Assembly: GCF_006345805.1 (NCBI RefSeq)
Contig: NC_043012.1
Location: forward strand, 18,228,001 to 18,292,000
Direction: 5' to 3'
From: Octopus sinensis
Lineage: Eukaryota
DNA: 64,000 bases
Every line of letters starts with the position of its first letter. The stretch's first letter is position 1. Positions 53,488-64,000 of the stretch are shown here, one piece after another. The notes under the pieces were generated by a model. That model did no database searches and was not told the origin of the DNA. It was given only the letters and a program-made list of their open reading frames with translations. The position numbers and the translations under genes were made by a program.

Positions 53488-53756
53488 TAAGCAATGTCCT
53501 GTTTTGTATTAAAATATAATTAACCGATGCTGGTCAAATTGTATGCTGATAAAAAGTTTTCTCCATCATCTGCTGATTTTATATTGTATTTATTATCATC
53601 CTCATCATCATCATCGTCATCGTCATCGTCGTCGTTGTTGTTGTTGTTGTTGTTGTTATTATTATTATTACACACATATATATATATATAAATATATGTT
53701 TATTTATCCATGTATATGTATACACACGCACACACACACACATATATATGTGTGTG

Positions 53757-53789
<33 letters not shown>

Positions 53790-53807
<18 letters not shown>

Positions 53808-53918
53808 CCATATATAATGCACACACACACGCACATATATATGTATATCTATTTATCAATCTAAATATCTGTCTATTTATCTATGTATCTATCCCTCTCT
53901 CTCTCTGTATATATATAT

Positions 53919-53967
<49 letters not shown>

Positions 53968-54063
53968 CCATATATAATGCACACACACACGCACATATAT
54001 ATGTATATCTATTTATCAATCTAAATATCTGTCTATTTATCTATGTATCTATCCCTCTCTCTC

Positions 54064-54090
<27 letters not shown>
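53790..54090. repeat. 160-bp tandem duplication of low-complexity sequence
   Basis: CCATATATAATGCACACAC...TCTAAATATCTGTC occurs at 53808 and 53968. Confidence 0.85.
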
Positions 54091-54094
<4 letters not shown>

Positions 54095-55349
54095 GTTTTA
54101 TATATTCATATGTACATTTGCATATATCTGTTTCTGTATATATATATATGTACGCGATACCTGTGTCGATACGTATTTGAAAAGAGGTGATTTGCGTGAG
54201 ATCAGGCACCTGTTTCTAGCAGGTAAAAGGATTGCGTTAAACCTTTCAAATTGGATCATGTTTTGAATAAATATATAGAAAAATAATTTGGGTGCGTTCT
54301 GTTTTCTTTATTTCAAATTATGTTTTTATGCTCTAAATTTCACTTTTTATTAACACTGCTTATGACATCTTTAACTTTATCTATATTTAATATTGTTCAG
54401 AATTCCTCCAGTGTTATTACATTTTCTGCTGAAGTTGGTTTAATAATTGGACAGTAGTCGGGCAGTGGTGCTGGAAGTATTTACAGCGTGCGAATTGACT
54501 CCATAACTATTTTTTTGCAGAATATGGTATTTCCTGAATTGAGTTACGTACGCATAAACAAACCAACACCGCTTGTCAAATCTGCATAGCGACTCTCTCA
54601 CATACAATGCACATGCACACACAGCTCAACACCACATACACACAAACACACACACAAAAGTAACGGGTGTCCGCGACGCGTCCGTCGACCAAATTTACTC
54701 ACAATGCATTGGTCAGTTCAGAGCTATATTTAAAAGCAATACGCAAACTGCTACGCTGTGGGACTGAACCCCCCTCCCTATCAAACTGCAAACTAAAATT
54801 CTTAATCACACAGGTGTGCTCTAGCAGATTAACATTAAACATTTTTTCTAATAAATTCTAAGCTAATCCCTTCCTTCAAATCGGTATCCAGTATAATGAA
54901 ATTTTAGTTAGCCCTTGGGTTCTTAAGATGGTTTGTCGTTATATCTGTTATTCTTTTCCCGTATTTTTCTTCCTTGTGTCGACAGTCCGCTTTTATTTTC
55001 TGAAATCCCAGGATCTATAAATACAGCTTTGCATTCTAGTTGATTTACTTTTTTGTAGGAAAGCTTTGGCACAATTGTTTAATCTCAAATATTTTGATGT
55101 TGTTGCTGTTTACATTTACAACTTCTTTCGTTTTCTCAGCGGAGTTATTTACTATAATTATGCGTAATTCCCCGAGAGCGAATCCTTGAGAATGTGTTAA
55201 TAATGTCGAGGAGGATTAGTGATTTGCTTCGAGAGATTTATGCATGAATTAGAAGCTTGAAAAAAGACGTCTCCTGAGTAATTCTTCCTCATTTGGGTAT
55301 AGGAATGCTTAAATTCCATATCTTCGTATTCCTGCTTTATATTTACACA

Positions 55350-55506
55350 CACACAAATATATATATATATACATGTATATATATGTATATGTGCATATAT
55401 ACATATATACATATATATATGTATATATATATATATACATACATATATATAAATATATACATAAATATATATATATATAATATATATATATACATACATA
55501 CATACA

Positions 55507-55542
<36 letters not shown>

Positions 55543-55598
55543 TATATATTATATATATATATAATATATATAATATATATATATATATGTATATGTAT

Positions 55599-55650
<52 letters not shown>

Positions 55651-55748
55651 ATATATATATAATATATATATATATAATATATATATATATTATATATATA
55701 TATACATACATACATACTACATACATACATATATATAATATATATATA

Positions 55749-55788
<40 letters not shown>

Positions 55789-55795
55789 ATATATG
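55350..55795. repeat. Long degenerate (TA)n/(TACA)n array
   Basis: Directly visible. Confidence 0.9.
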
Positions 55796-56339
55796 AAGAC
55801 ACACACACACTTGGCATAGCATTGTTGCTAATTTATTGAAAGCAAATTTGATGCACGAGTTTTCTAATACCTAAAAGGGTGTTTTTCTCAAGAAGTTTTT
55901 TTCAATAATCAATCTATCCTGTATTTTTCCTCCTTCATTTTGTCAACTACTGCTCGGATTAACAATAGCTGAATTTACATCCATGCTGCTCATTCAAACA
56001 TGCGTCACTTTTTCTGAAAATATTTTGTAGGCAAGCGACCAACGTGCTAATCTGTGAATATGTAAGGGTTATACATACCCACACGCTTTTATACATGTGC
56101 ATGCACACGTACATATGTGCGGATATCAACACCCGCTAACGCTCACAATCTCAAGCTCATATATGTATACATATGTGTGTGTAATTATGTATTCTTATAT
56201 ATGTATTTAAATATATATCTATATCTATATCTATATATATATAATTGCGTGCGTGGCCTTGTGGAGAAGAAGCTCGCAACGCAGTTTGTGTTTCCAGGTT
56301 CAATCTCACTCTACGATATCCTAGGGAGGGGTTTTTTAA

Positions 56340-56632
56340 GGAGGCGCAATGGCCCAGTGGTAGGGCAGCGGACTCGCGGTCGTAGGATCGCGGTTTCGAT
56401 TCCCAGACAGGGCGTTGTGAGTGTTTATTGAGCGAAAACACCTAAAAGCTACACGAAGCTCCGGCAGGGGGGGATCCCTGCTGTACTCTTTCACCACTCT
56501 TTCTCCCACTCTTTCTTCTGTTGGCCTGCTCGCTTAGCCAGCGGGGTGGCGTCACGCGAAGGCTAAAACAATGCGAACGCATTGTGACCAGCGATGTGTA
56601 ACTACATCTGCTGGACGGGTCGGTCACGTGAT

Positions 56633-56641
<9 letters not shown>
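56340..56641 (+). mobile_element. SINE family C, full length
   Basis: Complete tRNA-like head GGAGGCGCAATGGCCCAGTGG...GGTTTCGATTCCC. Colinear with 30892-31182. Confidence 0.88.
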
Positions 56642-56669
<28 letters not shown>

Positions 56670-59093
56670 TTATTAAAATGTAGCTGTGTGTATGTATATG
56701 TACGCGTGTGTGCGTGTGCCTGCGTGCTTAGAAACAGGACATTGGTGGATACTCATTGGATACATGCTTTTTTTTTGTTTTTGAAGCAGTGGCTTTGTTT
56801 TTCCACGCTATGTAATACGTTATTGGGCGCTTTTTTTTTCTCTAACACTTTTAAGTTGTTCCTACAGCATCGCTGATACGAGTCTAAATATATTAACCAG
56901 AAATGGATCATTTTATTAATTTCGGAAGTAATCATTATCTTACTGATGAACACGTCAGTCCTTCATTTCGTTTTGTTCTATACTTTGGCTCCATATCATC
57001 TTCCATTACATTAGATCTATTTCGTTATTCAGTTCATCTTCTAATGCAGCCTTGTATATTTTTATTGTGGTCTGCATTCAGTTGTTTAGTACTTTAGTAT
57101 TTGCTTAATACCAAAACCCTTTGAAGAAAAACCGACTTTTTTCAAGCTATCACAGTCATTTTTCATTTAATTTTACTTTCAATTTACATATATGCCCCTC
57201 CACCATTTACCATACACATATATACATTTCTATGTATATATATGCATATGTAATATGCATATATATATATATAATATATATATATATATATTATATATAT
57301 ATATATATATATATGTATATACTTATATGTATATAAATACATGTACACATACATTACATACACACATATATATGTGTGTCTGTGTTGTTTCCTTTCGATC
57401 CCGTATAGCCCCCCTCCTTTCCATTTCTATGCGAATATTGGATTTTCTTTTCGGTCTTTTTTTTCTTCTCGATTTTATGTTCTGTTTCCTTTCCACATAA
57501 TTTCTTATGATGGTTTGTGACTTATTATGTAAGGGTCGAGCCTGTTTTCTTTCAATGCAGCCATAAATCCTGAGTAAATTAGATTCCTCAGTACATCAAC
57601 GTTCGTATGTGTTTATTTGGAAGCACATTTCTCAATAAACCTGCTTGTACTTAGCTAATATTTGTTTATTCTCTGCTTGGTAACGCATTTCATTTGTTCC
57701 CTGGCAATTGGTTTGCTGTGGTCAGTATTCATATTGTATATTACTATTATTTTTCTCGATTGTTTCGTTTTATCCTCTTGCACTGTGTTATATTCGATAT
57801 TTGCTGCTTTGTATTATCAAAAATATGCTCTTGTCGATGTGTATTCAGACTCGTCTGTCATATTTGATCTCTATTATTTATCGTATCATCACTTTATGTT
57901 TGCTTTCATTATATTTACACGTCTTCTCACAACTTTGGATTCTTTCGTCTTTTTTACCTTATTTTATTTGCGATGGTAAGACATCAATATTTAAAAAAAA
58001 TATATATCATTTTTTGTTTATTATTTTTATCCAAGTATCCTTTGTACATGTTTCATTAAAAGTATTGTTACGATTCTACGTACGTTTCCTCATCTATATT
58101 AGTTTTTCCTCCAGATCGCAAACAACACTTTAATGGTACTAGAGAACAAGATACATATAGAATAGCTGTCAATACGTGTTAAAATTTTATATACAAATCA
58201 AAATCATGCGTGTCACTCATAGAATAATGGATTATACTCACATTGTATGTCACCCATTAATCGTGTATCGATAATTACATCGTCGAATATGCATTTTAGT
58301 AATTGAAAACCTGCTTCGTTTAGTTTTGCTTTAATGTTAACCGTATTCCCTACTCTAAACAATCACAAACTTCGTCACGCAGTTGCCGTCTGCACAAATT
58401 TACAATTCGTAATAAACAGTACTACTATAAAATGAATAAAGAAGATTGGAGCGGATTTTATTCGGTTTTAAATAGTTACAGTGATTTCCCCATTGTGATT
58501 TTATCAGTTGAACACACAATCACAGATAATGCCACCTGCCAAATCTTTACAACTCTGAAATATGCCCTTAACAAATGTTAAAAGTGCGGTACAATTCTTT
58601 AACTTGAAATTCACGTTTGTACTGGCTTTGTGACTTGCGCTGGAATAGCACAAGATTCATGATTTGATTACACTACATCATCAAGAGGCTGGTGTTAGTT
58701 TTACATGTCGAAGTCTGCCTGTGTATTTAATCAAAGAGAAGGACAGTACTTATGAATCTATATTCTCCCAGATCTTTCGAAACAGGTGAGGGGGAGGAAG
58801 GAAATTACTCTCAAAACTCTCAAAATTGAAATTACTCTCAAAAGTAGTGATGCTAAAATGTTCCCTAAAAGTAGATAATCCATATGGTGGGATTGAACAG
58901 GTTGACGAGTGATACATTTCATAGTGTGCGCTTTTTTCAATCTCTTTCCCTCCGTTTATATGTTATACTCTGCTTCTTTACACACACGCACGCACACACA
59001 CTCACACATACAAGCACACACAGAGTACACACATACATAGACACACACATACATACATGCATAAATACATACATACATACATATATATATACA

Positions 59094-59168
<75 letters not shown>

Positions 59169-59432
59169 GTGAGTGTAACTTTGCATTTGTTCTCCACCAC
59201 ATCTTGACCATCACTGTTGTTTTCTCCGTGTGTTCCGGTGAGCGAGCACGTCAGCAAAGAACATGAAAACGATAGATTAAATACCGATCAGTTAAACACA
59301 GAATCACAGATCAGAATGTGAATTTGTGTCAATATGCTTGACTAAATACTTCAAGGAGATGCTTCGTCCTAGCTGCAGTCTAATGGCTGAAAACTGTGTG
59401 ACAATAAAAGATTTTATATATATATATATATA

Positions 59433-59813
59433 TGAATTTTTTGCGTAGTAAGATAAAAAACCAAGGCTGTATAGATATTAGAGCATTTATAGATAGAAGA
59501 TTTTACAGATGTTTCTAGGATATTAATAAATAATATCCCTTCATCGGAGACGGTTTGAGAGGAAAAATTAAGTCATAAAAATCTACGAAAAATTAAGTCT
59601 AGACCAACGTTATTCGTTACATTTACAGTTCCGTTCTGAATTAAGAAATTGCGTCATAAAAATTCATGAAAAATTAAGTCTCCTCTCACACCGTCTCCGA
59701 TGAAGGGATATTATAAATTAATATCCTAGAAACAGCTGTAAGACCTTCTATCTATAAATGCTTTAATATATATACAGCCTTGGTTTTTTTATCTTATTAC
59801 GCAAAAAATTCTT
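59433..59813. mobile_element. Fold-back element with about 130-bp inverted arms, each with a hammerhead-like motif, in (TA)n
   Basis: Arms at 59433-59562 and 59681-59813. The spacer holds a direct repeat of GTCATAAAAAT..A.GAAAAATTAAGTCT. Confidence 0.85.
59693..59744 (+). ncRNA. Hammerhead-like motif with CCGATGA core
   Basis: GTCT-CCGATGA-agGGATATTAtaaatTAATATCCta-GAAAC-AGCT-GTA-AGAC. All three stems are intact. The mirror copy at 59500-59551 (-) has stem I and stem III mutations. Confidence 0.7.
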
Positions 59814-61167
59814 ATATATACACACGCAGACCTAGAACCAACGTTGAACCCTTTATTCGCTATATTACCTAATCTAAAACTTAACTATGATCTATCTATA
59901 GCACTTATTCAGCACTACCTGAAACCTTTGGGTGTCAATGACACCATTATCTCGAATATATATATATATATATTATTTTGTTATTATATATATATATATA
60001 TAAAATTGAGTTTGGTGGGATATGTTATCCGTGCGGATATAGTATTAGATCTCAATTAAATTCCACTTAATGGCTAGCCACATTGATCTGTGTCTAACGT
60101 CTGTGACTACTTTCAGTTGTTAGTCGTTCCGTGAATACTTCCGATGCGTATTTCCAACTTCTTTCGCTGTAAAAATTGTCTGGAATGTATATTGATATTA
60201 ATAATAATGAAGAATATGGAAAATTGTACATTTAGAAGATATATTTTATAGTTATATACAACATATACAGCCTCTACTCACTGTTTGAAATGCAACTTTG
60301 AAATATTGTCGGTGTAGCAGAAACACGTGTAGGTTTTTATGATATGCTGTATATAACCATAAAAGAAAATTGTGAATGCACAAGTCCCAATACTCTTTAT
60401 TATTACTAATATCATATAAATATATGTGTGTGTACGTTCATGTGCGTGCCTGTGTGTGTATTTATGTGTGACCTGTTTGTGCGTGCATATACAGACTAAT
60501 AATTTGGCTAAGTTTCATAATTGTTATTTGAGTATTTGTAGCTCCCCAGTGGTTAATATAATAACAATAATACTAATAATTGCTATTATTGCTATTATTT
60601 TATTATTAGTAGAACAAGGAGCGGTAATGGTATCAGTAGATTTATGATACTGTTTGGGTATTTATTTGTCATACGGGAATACGGTTATAAATCTTAAACT
60701 TTAGCAACGAGCTACAAGTCGCCATTTTGAATATCTGTAAATATGCACATGCGCACTTGTGCTAGTAACGCATAGCAAATATATAGAAAAATTAATATTC
60801 GTATTGGGTTATATGCATTTAATCATTATCGATTGTACGGAAATGATGACTATACGGCTTGGTATTTTCTTCTTTGCATTCGTATAAACATTGTTTCCGA
60901 TTATATTTGTCGTTTAAAAAGTTCATTCACGGTTCTTTTCACTGTCAGATGTTTTTTCATTTTCTCGTTTGCCACTTTTGAATACAGAGATATTTATTCC
61001 TTCTTTTTATATCTTCTATGTCTGTTTATATTGTTTCTTCTTTTTCTCTTTCTTCGTATTTCTCCTACCATTGCCATCTCTCTTCTTCTCATCCGTTTTC
61101 GTTTCCTCATGCCCTACTCTTCAACATTCTCCTTTTCCTCCCATCACGATCACATCTACTATAACAA

Positions 61168-61203
61168 CAAAACTACTACTGCTGCTGCTGCTGCTACTAC
61201 TAC

Positions 61204-61266
<63 letters not shown>
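61168..61266. repeat. (TAC)n/(TGC)n microsatellite
   Basis: Directly visible. Confidence 0.95.
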
Positions 61267-64000
61267 GTTTCATTTTTCTTTACCATCAACTTTTTTTCTT
61301 GTTTTAATCCATATTATTATGTGACGTTGACTTCGGAAAATTGTATAAAAAATATGGAAAGATAACTTACAAGCATCCTAATAATATTTACACATCCTTT
61401 TATTATCATAATCCGGAACGTGCTTTAGCCTATTTTTGCCGTTATTTCCGAATGTCCTGAAAAAGATTGGGGTATTTGTTATTCTTTGTCGCTAATCCCT
61501 GAATGGCCTTACACAGATTGGTGTATACCAACATTAATGGAATGTTTTACACACGCCTTAGCTAAAAGAATTCTAATTCAGTTTCTAGACCAATGTTATT
61601 CGTTGTATTTTCAGTTCACTTCTGAATCAAATTTAAAGTCCTTCGCTGGTTCTATGTTGAGGTTTGGTGCATATATTCTAGCCATTCTTCTCGTGTACTA
61701 ATAATATCTACATTATTTTGAAGTTTGTAATTCTCATTGTATATTGCTATATTTCTCATGTATCCCACAGCGTGTGACGATTTATATACATCTGGCAGAG
61801 ATAATTGAAAAAGTATTCAAATTTAGTGGACAGTCATATATCATATGTCGAACAGTTTTGCTACTGTATGGCGTCTCCGTGTATATTTATCAGATGTAAT
61901 ATAGAATATGGGGCTTATTATTTCTTGCAATAGACGGTTAATTTTTCATACACGGAGGAATTGTAAATATCAGTTCCAATATATTCATCATCATCAATAT
62001 CACCGTCATCGTCCTCATCATCATCGCCATCGTCGTCATCGTCATCGTCATCAGCAACAACATTAAACGTGTTTTATTTATGCGCAACAAATTAGATTTT
62101 GGGAGAATATTCCTAACATCGGGGCTATAACAAGTAATCTGAAATAACAGGAATCTTCCTATCTATCCTAGCTCTCCCTATCTTTCAATGATGTTAATGA
62201 TTGGCCAGCTTCTAAGTGAATAACTTCAATACCGAGAATCAGACGCATTTTCGTAACTAATATTGCGCACTTATCTATACCACATTCCATCCTTATATCT
62301 TTGTTGAAGAGTCATACAATCTATATTAAGAAATCTATCTCTTTTCTTTTACTATCGCTAAACTAATACCCTGCATTTGCTTTTCTTAATAATGAAGTAG
62401 GTGGGTGGGGGATTAAGCATAACACAAATATAAAACAGGTTAGCGAGTTTCACTGGAGAATTCCTCACTTTATGAAAATTTTCCCTCATGCTGTCTCACC
62501 TGATTAGAGGTCTACATTTCACCTTTTCATGCTGTATCTAATGAACACTTTTCTGTTGTCTGCAATACTGAATATTCTCAAACATTCATTTATCCATGTG
62601 TGTAGGATCTTGTCCTAGGCTTTTTTATAATCTATATATGCTAGTGTTAAACGTTTCATTAAAAATTTCACTTCCGTTAGACTGCAGCCTTTCTGTTCTT
62701 TTGACAGTAACTTCCAGTTGTCGAGGTGCTCATAAATGCCTTGTGAGAGCATTCCTGTTAATAGTTGCCCCAACAATTGTAAGCAAATGGTTGGTCAATA
62801 ATTACTAGCGTGCACTACCGTCTACTAATCAGGCAATGATATCGGTGGACTTTGCACTTTAGCAATCTCAATAGGATAAATATCAGGAAAGAGTGACGGC
62901 ATTCTCGAGAGATTATGGGTGTCGACATGAACGAAGTAACTAGTCTGTTGCGTAGGGGTTTCCAGTCCAGGTCTATCATAGATAATTTCTAGACGTGTCT
63001 TACTAAGCAGAGATACGGAGGATAAGCAAAATTTGATGGATATTGTAGATTTTGACTAAGATAACGTTTTAACAACGCGTGAGGGTTCTGATGTACTCGT
63101 ACTGTTCAAAACTCTCAAAGGCCAGAACTATACTAACAATGTACAGTGTTTTGAGAAATCGTTCCCGACATTATGTGGAAGGCTTTAAAAATTTATTATA
63201 AGGAATTATTTTGGAAGGTCCGGACAAATTTTTGAAAATAGACTGATTGAAGACTAGGATAAGTGAGCGTTAATATTTACGTGTATTGTCATTATCATAT
63301 CGGATTGATGATATTAAAAATATGCTTTACAAAGTCCCGTAGCCTGTATTCCGTGTGGAAGAAGGAATACTTGCTCAATGATTTCAGATTTCCAACGTTT
63401 GGATGCAATAGTCAACTGCATCCCCAAGACTCGCTGCTCTACACCTGGATGACTGCCTCAGTTGTCTTGGATTAAGTGGCGGGGGAGTGCTGTTTCGTAA
63501 ATGCCTAAACGTAAAAGTAGATACTCTTTTCGCTGACGCAGTGTGTAGATTATTTGTTTTGTTCGTAATCGGCAATGATGGTGACGCTAGAAATTTCAGA
63601 CCGATGGTTTTCTACGGCACGAATCAGACAGCCAGGTCTCTTTAGATGTTTAAATAGCTTCTTTGGAAAATCTAGCTCACTGGTTCTTGTATGTGATTAG
63701 AAGACGTTGAACGTACACAAATATGGTGAGGAAATAGTCGATTGGGGGAGTGGGGACAGAAGTCTTGCAAAAGTTGTCAGGCGCCTCAAGCTCTCAATAA
63801 AGAACCCCTCCCCAATTTCCTTAATGTGAAAGTGTACACTTGGTCAAATCACAGTGGTTATCCTGTTCATAATTACAGTTTTCCTCAGGTTAACAGATAG
63901 GAATAATTTTCATTGTCTATGTTATCAGTACTTGACCTTTACAATCAACTCAGAAAATACAAATCGGTAAAGTCTTCGCTACTGTAAAGTGAACGAACCT

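Noticed and set aside
62806-62835. ACTAGCGTGCAC as another Helitron 3' end
   Set aside because: No clear GC-rich hairpin and no 5' TC end.

Overview
This is an AT-rich eukaryotic window full of microsatellites. Its SINE families resemble those of Octopus or another coleoid cephalopod (recalled, not searched). I recognise no host protein-coding gene, so the window looks intronic or intergenic, and nearly all ORFs in the track are microsatellite read-throughs. The identifiable content is mobile DNA: four tRNA-head SINE families, a CR1/L2-type LINE remnant, R4/Dong-type LINEs with a restriction-like endonuclease (RLE), a full-length decayed DD41D Tc1/mariner element, a mariner remnant, a MITE, and Helitron-like elements. 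Three observations stand out. (1) At 1560-3118 a 494-bp hairpin-rich unit is inserted as a concatemer with an inverted 5' segment and is bracketed by a 14-bp target-site duplication. (2) Minimal type-I hammerhead ribozyme motifs of the Penelope-like-element (PLE) kind occur in about six unrelated short repeats, mostly inside (TA)n arrays. They include a near-perfect palindrome with one hammerhead on each strand. (3) Retroelements appear to partition microsatellites by motif: (TAA)n holds one Dong-like LINE plus a non-coding partner, (CATA)n holds two other RLE-LINE subfamilies, and (TA)n holds the hammerhead elements. All alignments and folds were done by eye, and coordinates of degenerate repeats are approximate.
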